A stretch of DNA of 59,094 nucleotides, the filler included. It is 6 parts of 6 records of this genome, joined end to end, with 100 filler letters (N's around TTAATTAATTAA, not from the genome) between each part and the next. Parts side by side here need not be neighbours in the genome. Positions count along the whole stretch, not along the records: positions 9,931 to 23,564 come from SRR31147125_1030; 5 more parts are not named here. The stretch is one strand, 5' to 3'. The position numbers and the translations under genes are program-made. The notes under the pieces were generated by a model, which worked only from the letters and a program-made list of their open reading frames with translations, did not search any database and was not told the origin of the DNA. The stretch's first letter is position 1; every line of letters starts with the position of its first letter. Shown piece by piece: positions 9,931 to 21,222 of the stretch.

Positions 9931-12714
9931 TTTTTTAAGTATTGTCCTGTATAACTTCTATCAACTTTTGCAACTTGCTCAGGTGTACCTTTAGCAACGA
10001 TTTCACCACCAGCAGCACCACCTTCTGGACCAAGGTCAATAATGTAGTCTGCATTTTTAATGACATCAAGATTATGCTCAATAACAACCATAGTAGCACC
10101 GTCATCAACAATACGGTGTAACACTTCAAGAAGACGTTTCACATCATCTGTATGAAGACCAGTGGTTGGTTCATCAAGTATATAAATTGTTTTATTTGTA
10201 ATCTTTCGATAAAGCTCACTTGCAAGTTTTACACGTTGGGCTTCACCACCAGATAATGTGGTTGCTGATTGTCCAAGTGTAATATAGCCAAGACCAACAT
10301 CATGTAGTGTCTTTAGTTTATCATAGATTTTAGGATGGTTTTCGAAGAAATCCATCGCATCATCTATTGTTAAATCTAGGACATCTGCAATATGTTTACC
10401 TTTATATTTAATTTGTAATGTCTCATGATTATATCTTGTCCCATGACAAACCTCACAAGGCACATACACATCAGGCAAGAAATGCATCGATATTTTTTTA
10501 AGTCCATCACCACGGCATGCTTCACATCTACCGCCTTTGACATTAAATGAAAATCTACCTTTTTTATAACCTCTTGCTTTTGCTTCATTGGTTGTTGCGT
10601 ATAAATCTCTAATATTATCAAATACGCCTGTATATGTTGCAGGATTAGATCGCGGTGTTCTACCAATCGGTGATTGACTAATCTCAATCACGCGATCAAT
10701 TAAATGATGATCATCAATAAACATATGTTCACCAGGCACATCTTTAGATTTATAATACTTTTGATGTAGTCCTTTATATAATACATCATTAACAAGTGAT
10801 GATTTACCACTACCAGAAACCCCTGTGACAACTGTAAGTTTTCCCATTGGAAAACCAACAGTTAAATCTTTTAAGTTGTTTGCTTTTGCGCCAACAACTA
10901 ATATTTCATCATTTAAACCTTTTCTTCTCTTTCTAGGAACATCAATTTGCATATCACCTTTTAAATATTGACCAGTAATACTGTTTTTATTATTCATCAC
11001 TTCTTTAGGTGTACCTGCGGCTACCACTTCTCCACCAAATTTACCTGCTTTAGGACCGATATCAATTAAGTAATCACTGGCAAGCATTGTTTCATGATCA
11101 TGTTCAACCACAACTAACGTATTACCTAAATCACGCATTTTTTGTAGTGTCTTAATTAATCGGTCATTATCTTTTTGATGAAGTCCGATAGATGGCTCAT
11201 CTAAAACATATAAAACACCTGTTAATTTAGATCCAATTTGTGTCGCAAGTCTAATACGTTGTGCTTCACCGCCTGATAGTGTTCCTGCTTGTCGATGAAG
11301 TGTTAAATATCCAAGCCCAACATCATTTAAAAATGTGAGTCTATTAATAATTTCTTGAAGTGCTAAATGTGCAATTTTCTTTTGCTCAACCCCAAGTTCT
11401 AAGTTTTCTAAAAAAGTTATTTCATCTTCAATTGATAAACGTGTAAGTTCATCAATATTTTTTTGACCAACTTTAACACTTAGCGCTTGTTCGTTTAATC
11501 TTGCTCCATGACACACAGGACAAACTGATTCAGTCATAAATCCTTCAATCCATGTTCTGATCCACTCAGATGTCGTCTCACGATATCTTCTTGTTAAGTT
11601 TGTAATAATACCTTCATAATAATCATATGATTTATGATGGTTGCCTGATGATGATTTTAAATTGAAATGAATTTTATCTTTTGAACCATATAAAATATAA
11701 TCTTTTTCTTGTCTTGTGAGATCTCTCATTGGTTTACTCATATCGATATGATAGAAGTCACATAATTGCTCAACCATTTGACTTGCAAGGTTTTCTTCAA
11801 AATTATTTTTATATGGAATAATCCCACCACCTAAAACTGGTTTTTCAGGATTGACAACAAGTGATTCTGAAACTTCTAATTTTAAACCTAATCCATTACA
11901 GTGTGGACAAGCACCAATCGGTGTATTAAACGAGAATAGTCTAGGCTCTAAATCAGGAATTGTAAAGTCTGAATCTTCACATGCATAGTTTTGATTAAAT
12001 GATAAAATATCTTTCCCATTAACTAAAGCTTTCACGCGTCCTTTAGATAGTCTAGCAGCAAGTTCTACTGCATCATAAACACGTGAACGAATGCCTTCTT
12101 TGATAATAATACGATCAACAATAATATAAAAATCATGATTTTGATTTTTATCAAGTGTTGGAAATTCATCTAATGTGACAAGTTCTCCATCAACATAAGC
12201 TCTTGTAAAACCTTCTTTTAAGTATTGTTCAGCCTGTTTCTTATGTGTGCCTTTTTGTCTTTCAACAATTGGACTCATAATCATCACTTTACTACGTTCT
12301 TCTAATGAGATAATGCGCATTGTCATCTCATCAATGGTTTGTTTAGAAAGAGGTTCATCCGTACCAGGACAATAAGGTGTCCCTACACGTGCATATAATA
12401 AACGTAAATAATCATAAATCTCAGTCACAGTCCCCACTGTTGATCTTGGATTATTCGATGTCGTTTTTTGATCAATACTTATCGATGGACTTAGTCCTTC
12501 GATGCGATCAACATCAGGTTTTTCAAAATTACCTAAAAATTGACGTGCATAAGAAGAAAGACTTTCCATATACCTTCTTTGGCCTTCTTGATAAAGTGTA
12601 TCAAAAGCAAGTGATGATTTACCACTACCAGAAATACCTGTCATCACGACAAGTTTGTTTTTAGGTATATCAATATCAATATTTTTTAAATTGTTTTCTC
12701 TTGCCCCATGTACT

Positions 12715-12728
<14 letters not shown>
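9931..12728 (-). CDS. uvrA: Excinuclease ABC subunit A (3' end cut at the contig edge)
   Basis: [10 protein letters not shown], two Walker A Gx[15 protein letters not shown] twice, zinc fingers. Confidence 0.98.
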
Positions 12729-14762
<2,034 letters not shown>

Positions 14763-14792
14763 TTATGAGTAGTAATAAAATATTCCAAATAA

Positions 14793-14801
14793 TGATATAA
14801 T
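14793..14801 (+). promoter_or_regulatory. Extended -10 promoter for the abi gene
   Basis: TGATATAAT about 30 nt upstream of the ATG, with a GGGGAG RBS-like sequence. Confidence 0.5.
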
Positions 14802-14832
14802 TAAAAATATACACTTGGGGAGATGAACAATA

Positions 14833-15717
14833 ATGGCAAATGCATATACGTTAACTACAAAAGAAAAAGACTTGTTAGAACGTTTTATCAACGGTAGACA
14901 CAACTATTATTATTTTAAAAACTTCTTAGATATAACCTCAGGTAATTTAAGAGATGCAATTGCTTTATATGAATTTGATCGTAGACTTAGAATTGTTCTT
15001 TTTAATTATATATTAAAATTTGAATTAATCTTAAAACATGATTTCTTGACATTTGCTGAGCGTGCAGGTGCTAGTACAACTTTTTGGAATAATAGCAGTT
15101 ACTTTTTAAGGGCCGCAACTATTGTCTCAAAAAATCATACTTACTCAAAATTTGATGCTTTAGTTAAAAAAACAACTCAAGACATTACACATAAAGTTTT
15201 TTCAAATTCTCCCATACAAAACGTGAATATATTTTATGCAACATCATTCGGAACTTTTTTAAGATACTTCGAACTACTGGAACATCGGTACAAAAATGAT
15301 TTCATTTTGAAGCATTTCAACTCAAAATTAGACTATTTAAATTTAAAAAAATATTTGAATTCAATCAAATTAATTAGAAACAGATGCGCACACAGCAACC
15401 ATATAGTCTCACCCAAATTAAGATTAGAGCAAAAAAGAACTAAATTAACCAATTTTTCGAATGAATTCAATATTTTTTATACCGAATTCTCAAAGTGTAT
15501 ACAATTTATTTACAGAACACTCACCATTAAAGATAAACAAGCTTTTAAAAGAGACCTCTTGATCATATTAGATAAATATATGAAAATATCTAACAAATAT
15601 TATAAACAACATACTATTGATTATAATTTGAATGCTAAACTCCGTAAAATTTGGCGTGTAAAACTACCTTTATTAAACAAATTAATTTACAAATTGAAAT
15701 TCTATGTTAAAATATAA
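14833..15717 (+). CDS. Abi_2/AbiF-family HEPN protein (abortive infection RNase toxin)
   Basis: LYEFDRRLR...ILKFELILK, SFGT and the HEPN RxxxxH motif IRNRCAH. Oriented opposite to all neighbours. Confidence 0.85.
   Translation: MANAYTLTTKEKDLLERFINGRHNYYYFKNFLDITSGNLRDAIALYEFDRRLRIVLFNYILKFELILKHDFLTFAERAGASTTFWNNSSYFLRAATIVSKNHTYSKFDALVKKTTQDITHKVFSNSPIQNVNIFYATSFGTFLRYFELLEHRYKNDFILKHFNSKLDYLNLKKYLNSIKLIRNRCAHSNHIVSPKLRLEQKRTKLTNFSNEFNIFYTEFSKCIQFIYRTLTIKDKQAFKRDLLIILDKYMKISNKYYKQHTIDYNLNAKLRKIWRVKLPLLNKLIYKLKFYVKI
15686..15713 (+). promoter_or_regulatory. Putative sigma70 promoter inside the 3' end of the abi gene
   Basis: TTTACA (15686-15691), 16-nt spacer, TG-n-TAAAAT (15705-15713). 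Confidence 0.45.
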
Positions 15718-15719
15718 AT

Positions 15720-15770
15720 AGATAATCAGACATAGGTGCTGGTTGCACTCCAGATAGGGGTGCTTTTTTT
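15720..15770 (+). ncRNA. Candidate AbiF-associated antitoxin small RNA
   Basis: GC-rich island GGTGCTGGTTGCACTCCAGATAGGGGTGC-T7 in very AT-rich DNA, with overlapping pairings GGTGC/GCACT, CTGG/CCAG and GCACTCC/GGGGTGC followed by a U tract. Confidence 0.5.
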
Positions 15771-15789
15771 ATTTTACATTTTTAGAATG

Positions 15790-15826
15790 AAAAGAGATAC
15801 CAATCCATCGATTGATATCTCTTTTT
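15790..15826. terminator. Terminator downstream of osmC (probably bidirectional)
   Basis: AAAAGAGATACCAAT-ccatcg-ATTGATATCTCTTTT. Confidence 0.65.
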
Positions 15827-15833
15827 CGTTTAA

Positions 15834-16277
15834 TTATTCAATAACTATACCTGAACGTTTAATCGGAACACCATTTTCTAATGTATCCGTTACTGGACAT
15901 GTTTTTTCAACAAAATCAGCAAATTGTTCAACTTTTTCTCTAGGTTCATTAGTTTTGAAATACATATTGTATCTAATTTCACTAAACCCTTTTCTAACAT
16001 CTGGATTTCTTCCAGTAAAACCATCAGGATCTAAATCACCTTCAATTTCAACTCTAAATCCATCATATTTAAAATCATGATGTTGCGCGAATGCAGCAAC
16101 AACAATCGCTTGGCATGCACCAAGAGATGTCAGTAATGCCTCCACTGGATTAATACCTTTATCTGTACCACCCATTTGTTTAGGCTCATCATATAATATC
16201 TTAAATTGTCTTGAACTTGTTTCAACTAATAATCCTTCTGCTTGTTTAGTAGCAGTTGCTTTAAATACTTGTTTCAT
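15834..16277 (-). CDS. OsmC/Ohr-family protein
   Basis: DEPKQMGG, NPVEALLTSLGAC, TCPV. Confidence 0.9.
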   Translation of the reverse strand: MKQVFKATATKQAEGLLVETSSRQFKILYDEPKQMGGTDKGINPVEALLTSLGACQAIVVAAFAQHHDFKYDGFRVEIEGDLDPDGFTGRNPDVRKGFSEIRYNMYFKTNEPREKVEQFADFVEKTCPVTDTLENGVPIKRSGIVIE

Positions 16278-16369
16278 ATCATCACTTCCTTTACGTATGC
16301 TATATTAACACTTACATATAGTAAGTTCAACGGTTATGCATGTCTACTTAAAATAAGCGAATATCTAAA

Positions 16370-17572
16370 CTATTTTATTTTAATTTCTTTATAGAATATG
16401 GATTTTTTACGATAATTGTCTGCATATTTTGTATAGGTCATATATAAATATTTTCTCGCTCTCGTCATCGCGACATACATTAAACGGCGTTCTTCTTCAA
16501 GTGTCATATATGTTTGTGTAAAAGCTGAAGGTATTTCTTGATCTTCTAGTCCAATAATAAACACGCAATCAAACTCTAATCCTTTTGCTTGATGCATACT
16601 TAGTAATTGAAGTCCATATTTTGTATCAATAAATGTTTTTTTAAGTGCCTTTTTTAAATGTGACACCCTTAAGTGATTGCGATAAAGAATCGCAATCTCT
16701 GAAGGCTTTATTCCTTCTTTGATACAATTTTTATATTGCTTTAATATAAAAGTTTTTTCTTCGTTGATATCTTCAAACACATATTTCTTAACTTCAAATC
16801 GGTCATTTCTATATGGTTTTAATACTTTTTTATATAACCTATGATTTCTCTTAATAAAGCCATTAGCAAGACTTAAAATTTGAGGTGTTGAACGATAATT
16901 TAGATCTAGAATTTCAACGTCTGCTTGGTATTCTTTTATAAAACGATCAATCACAAAAACATCAGCACCTCTAAACTGATAAATACTTTGATCAGGGTCT
17001 CCAACCGCTAAGACATAGCTATCCTTACCAATAAGTTTTTTAAGTATATGATATTGGAGTTTATTCGTATCTTGAAACTCATCAATAAAAATATATGTAT
17101 ATGTTTTTTTATATTTTTCTAAATACTCTAAATAGTCTAATAATAAGTCATCAAAATCCTTTACCCCGAGTTGATATAATTTCATTTGATACGCATCAAA
17201 AATCTTAGGTTTTCTCATATGAAATAAACTATTCTTATATTTAGATATGTTCAGTAATTCCCTTTGATCAAAACCTAATGTTTCATCATTGATTAACTGA
17301 TACTCTTTATAAACCGTTTTTAATTGATTGAGTGCAAGACTATGGAATGTATAAATATTATTGATCTTTTGATTTAATCTTGTACGCATCTCCTGTGCTG
17401 CTTTTCTTGTGAATGTTAGGCATAGGATATCATCTTCACAAACATCTTGATTCAACAAGTATTTAATACGTTCTACAATGACTCTAGTTTTACCACTACC
17501 AGCACCCGCTAACAAAAAAAGAAAGTGTTTATGTGTATAAACAACTTTCTTTTGCTTTTCATTTAATGTCAT
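16370..17572 (-). CDS. Minimal UvrD/Rep-family SF1 helicase (~400 aa)
   Basis: All core motifs present: AGAGSGKT, TFTRKAA, TFHS, DEFQD, VGDPDQSIYQFRGA, NYRST, HQAKGLEF, EERRLMYVAMTRA. RBS GGTGA precedes the ATG at 17572. Confidence 0.85.
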   Translation of the reverse strand: MTLNEKQKKVVYTHKHFLFLLAGAGSGKTRVIVERIKYLLNQDVCEDDILCLTFTRKAAQEMRTRLNQKINNIYTFHSLALNQLKTVYKEYQLINDETLGFDQRELLNISKYKNSLFHMRKPKIFDAYQMKLYQLGVKDFDDLLLDYLEYLEKYKKTYTYIFIDEFQDTNKLQYHILKKLIGKDSYVLAVGDPDQSIYQFRGADVFVIDRFIKEYQADVEILDLNYRSTPQILSLANGFIKRNHRLYKKVLKPYRNDRFEVKKYVFEDINEEKTFILKQYKNCIKEGIKPSEIAILYRNHLRVSHLKKALKKTFIDTKYGLQLLSMHQAKGLEFDCVFIIGLEDQEIPSAFTQTYMTLEEERRLMYVAMTRARKYLYMTYTKYADNYRKKSIFYKEIKIK

Positions 17573-17616
17573 CTTAATCACCCTATATATCATAGGGGAT
17601 ATAGATTTATTTTACT

Positions 17617-18393
17617 TTATGCGAAAACTGATGTAATCAACAAATAATAAGTCACAATAACAAATATCACACTATAAAGTGTCCCGATTAAATAATATTC
17701 AGAGAATTTTTTATCCTCTAATTGCTTAAATCTAGCAATAGATTTCGCAGCAATGACAACCGTTAACCCAATCCATTGTCCTGCAACAAGCAATACCATC
17801 ATAATAATTCTTTCCATAGATCCTATCAAAGCACCAGTGTTTAACTGATCTTTGTCTTGTTCTTTTTCAGCACTATATTGATTAAAATAGATTTTAAATA
17901 CTTGATTTGCGACTATGGATAGGACAATAAACCCAAGCACATAAATACTTGTTTGTCCATCAACCGCTGAGTCAATGATAGATCTTCTAACCCCGTCGTT
18001 TGCATACTTGATTTCACTCCAAACAGCAAGTGTAAAATAGATGTATATCGCATGATATGCAATATATCTAATTTGAATATATCGACGAATAAAATTATTT
18101 TTTTCTTCATCTGTTTGAGACTGTTGATAGCCACGAAATTTTGTGATGTTTGAATCTATGAATAATCTTAACGCAACCAATACAATCTTTAAACCAATGG
18201 CAAATAATATTCTTAGCCAAATATCAAATTCAGTTGGTATAAACCATAATAAGAATAAGAAACTCCCTGCTATTTGGATAATCAAATAACGGCCAAGTTC
18301 TTTTAAATTCCATTTGTCTTCAATAATTGTTTGGCTTTTTCTAAACCATACAAACTCTACTAAAACATATAACACTAAAAATAAATAAATCAT
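17617..18393 (-). CDS. DUF3307-family membrane protein
   Basis: Multi-TM; C-terminal GALIGSMER, AAKSIARF, EYYLIGTL; directly follows satD. Confidence 0.75.
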   Translation of the reverse strand: MIYLFLVLYVLVEFVWFRKSQTIIEDKWNLKELGRYLIIQIAGSFLFLLWFIPTEFDIWLRILFAIGLKIVLVALRLFIDSNITKFRGYQQSQTDEEKNNFIRRYIQIRYIAYHAIYIYFTLAVWSEIKYANDGVRRSIIDSAVDGQTSIYVLGFIVLSIVANQVFKIYFNQYSAEKEQDKDQLNTGALIGSMERIIMMVLLVAGQWIGLTVVIAAKSIARFKQLEDKKFSEYYLIGTLYSVIFVIVTYYLLITSVFA

Positions 18394-18404
18394 AAATGCC
18401 CCTC

Positions 18405-19031
18405 CTAAATATATTTTTTAATGATTTCTAAATTTTCTAAATATAAGTAATAATATGTTCTTTTTAGTTTTCCACTCACTGTTGATGGACTATAGTTAAA
18501 TTGCTTTGCTAAATCTTTTTGTACAAAATGATCATTTAAACCATATGTTTTAATTAATTCATATACAAAAGACTTTTGTGATAAAGTCCATTGATTTGTA
18601 ATCACTTGATTATTGATTAATAATTGATTAATCAATAATTGTTCTTTTTCACTGATGCCCTTGATATATATAGACATATGTTTTCTTTCATTTTCTTTAA
18701 TGATATCCAGAGCATCTCTTGCATGCCACCAAACTGGTCCGTCACTACTTCCATCTTCATAATTAAATGAGAGTTCACCAATACCGATACCAAATCTAAT
18801 ATCTACATGTGCCATCACTGCGATAATATCATGGATCATATCAAAAATATGAGCAGGACTGTTGAGTAGCACTTGAAAATCATCGCCTTGCATAATCTTC
18901 ATCGGTTTAACCATATGTGCTTGATATTTAATATTTATATCATTAATCACATCAATAAGACGCTCTTGTACTTCTTTTCTATATTTTAACTTTCTCGATG
19001 CAATTAAATCTCCAATGATTGCATAATACAT
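18405..19031 (-). CDS. satD: SatD-family protein (nucleotidyl cyclase-like domain plus C-terminal HTH)
   Basis: AIIGDLIASR, QGDDFQ, RFGIGIG, DGPVWWHAR; HTH QKDLAKQFNYSPSTVS. RBS GAGGTGG before ATG 19031. Confidence 0.85.
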   Translation of the reverse strand: MYYAIIGDLIASRKLKYRKEVQERLIDVINDINIKYQAHMVKPMKIMQGDDFQVLLNSPAHIFDMIHDIIAVMAHVDIRFGIGIGELSFNYEDGSSDGPVWWHARDALDIIKENERKHMSIYIKGISEKEQLLINQLLINNQVITNQWTLSQKSFVYELIKTYGLNDHFVQKDLAKQFNYSPSTVSGKLKRTYYYLYLENLEIIKKYI

Positions 19032-19059
19032 ACATACCACCTCTTGCATCAATTATATC

Positions 19060-19104
19060 ATAATTCGTATTTTTTTGCATATTTATAATAATTCGTATTT
19101 TTTT
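19060..19104. repeat. Perfect 17-bp direct repeat in the satD promoter
   Basis: ATAATTCGTATTTTTTT at 19060-19076 and 19088-19104. Confidence 0.85.
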
Positions 19105-19117
19105 ACTAATATAAGAT

Positions 19118-21211
19118 TTATCGTACTTTTTTAAGTGACGGATGACTCTCTAATATATTTTTAATGCCATGTGGCATCGCAAAAGCAATTTTTGCAATAT
19201 CATCATTGACTGATACAACAACGCCTGTTCCAAAGACTTGATGCTCTACTTTATCACCTGTTTTTAATATATGTCCGTTACTAATCGTTTGCTTGCCTTG
19301 ATAAAACTTAGGCGGTTGTGTTTCAATCAATCGTGATTCTTTAATAAATCTAGAAGGATACCCAAACTTCAACTCACCATATTGCATACGTTTATTGGCA
19401 TGTGTCATATAAAGTCTTTCTTTTGCTCTTGTCATACCTACATATGCTACACGTCGTTCTTCTTCAAGTTCAATAGAACTCATCATTGCATTATTATTTG
19501 GAAATAATCCTTCTTCTAAAGCAACCATAAATACAACTTTAAACTCTAATCCTTTAACTTGATGGTAAGTTGCTAATTTAACTTTATCTGTATCATCAAC
19601 ATCTTGATCCAAGTCGCTATATAATGCGATTTGATCAAGTTGTTGTTTAAGTTTCTCATAAAAGTTACCTTCATAATACATATCACCACGTACAAATACA
19701 GATTGAAGTTCTCTTAAGTTATTAATGCGATCATCAGCTTTTTCTGTATTTTCCGCTTTTAACATATCAACATATCCTGTGATATGCATCAGTACAGGCA
19801 TAATTTCTTGTAAATTTGTCATATCAAAAAATGCTGATGAAATATCTTCAATCAGTTTTTTAAATGTTTTAAGACTCGTTAAAGCTTTTGAACGTAGATC
19901 GACATAATCAATAGCCGCAAACAAAGATATACCAAGTTCTCTTGCTTTTTCTTTTAGTTTTTGAATACTAACCTTACCAATTGAACGTTTTGGCACATTA
20001 ACCACACGTTCAAAGAAAAAATCTTGATGTGGATCTACAGCAAGTCTTATATATGCAAGTGCATCTTTAATCTCTTTTCGTTGATAAAAAGATAGCCCAC
20101 CATAAATAATATATGAAATACTTTCTTTAATGAGTGTATCTTCAAACAATCTTGATAATGCATTATTACGATATAATATCGCAAAATCATCATATCTGTA
20201 GTTTTCATATCGCACTAAACGTTCTATTTCATTAACCACATAAAATGTCTCATTATAATCACTATCAGCGGCATAATATGTTATAGGTTCGCCTAAACCT
20301 AGATCACTTTCTAAGTTTTTAGCAGTTGGTCTATTAAAATTATTTGCAATCAGCTTATTCGCTGATTTTAATATTTGATTGGTTGAGCGGTAATTCTTAT
20401 CAAGAATAACCGTTTCAGCTTGATAATCTTTAATAAATCTTTCACTATTTTGATAACTTGCACCTCTAAAAGAATAAATCGATTGATCAGGATCCCCTAC
20501 AACAAATACATTCTTGTGTCGCGCACCAAGTGTACGTAGTATTTTATATTGAATAACATCAGTATCTTGAAACTCATCAACTAAGACATGTTGAAATTCA
20601 GTTTGATATCTGTCTTTAATATGAGGATAATCAGATAATAATTCTAATGTATAGATCAATAAATCATCAAAATCAACGAGTTGATTATCTCTTAAATAAA
20701 ACTGATAAGCTTTATATATTTTTTCTTCATCAGATCTTTCAAACTCAGGCAGTCTTTGTGATTTAAATAAAGAAATAAGCCCTTTTAATTGTTTCACTGA
20801 AAATTGTTTAATATCTAGACCCATATCTTTAATGATATCTGTTAATATCTTTTTGCCATCATCTTCATCAATCACCGTAAATGTAGGTTTGTACCCATAA
20901 GGAAGTTCTGCGATATGTCTTCTAAGTATTTGTAGCCCAAATGCATGGAACGTGTATAGCCATAAATCAGATGCATATGGCCCTGTCATATCACTGACTC
21001 TTTGTTTCATTTCACGTGCAGCTTTATTTGTAAATGTAATGGCTAAAATATGTTTAGGTGCAACACCATTCATGATTAAATAAGCTATTCTTGTTGTTAA
21101 TGTTTTAGTTTTTCCTGTACCCGCACCAGCAACAACAAAAAGCGGTCCACCAGGATGGATGACCGCTTTTAATTGAGATTCATTTAAGGTAGCTAGATAA
21201 TTTTCCATCAT
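19118..21211 (-). CDS. pcrA: ATP-dependent DNA helicase PcrA
   Basis: Full-length UvrD/PcrA motifs including 2B (NVPKRSIG) and C-terminal Tudor-like GDKVEHQVFG. Confidence 0.92.
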   Translation of the reverse strand: MMENYLATLNESQLKAVIHPGGPLFVVAGAGTGKTKTLTTRIAYLIMNGVAPKHILAITFTNKAAREMKQRVSDMTGPYASDLWLYTFHAFGLQILRRHIAELPYGYKPTFTVIDEDDGKKILTDIIKDMGLDIKQFSVKQLKGLISLFKSQRLPEFERSDEEKIYKAYQFYLRDNQLVDFDDLLIYTLELLSDYPHIKDRYQTEFQHVLVDEFQDTDVIQYKILRTLGARHKNVFVVGDPDQSIYSFRGASYQNSERFIKDYQAETVILDKNYRSTNQILKSANKLIANNFNRPTAKNLESDLGLGEPITYYAADSDYNETFYVVNEIERLVRYENYRYDDFAILYRNNALSRLFEDTLIKESISYIIYGGLSFYQRKEIKDALAYIRLAVDPHQDFFFERVVNVPKRSIGKVSIQKLKEKARELGISLFAAIDYVDLRSKALTSLKTFKKLIEDISSAFFDMTNLQEIMPVLMHITGYVDMLKAENTEKADDRINNLRELQSVFVRGDMYYEGNFYEKLKQQLDQIALYSDLDQDVDDTDKVKLATYHQVKGLEFKVVFMVALEEGLFPNNNAMMSSIELEEERRVAYVGMTRAKERLYMTHANKRMQYGELKFGYPSRFIKESRLIETQPPKFYQGKQTISNGHILKTGDKVEHQVFGTGVVVSVNDDIAKIAFAMPHGIKNILESHPSLKKVR

Positions 21212-21222
21212 CTACCTTCTTT

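Noticed and set aside
15736-16080. 114-aa plus-strand ORF as a protein antitoxin for AbiF
   Set aside because: It runs through two terminators and is antisense to osmC, with no RBS; a shadow ORF.
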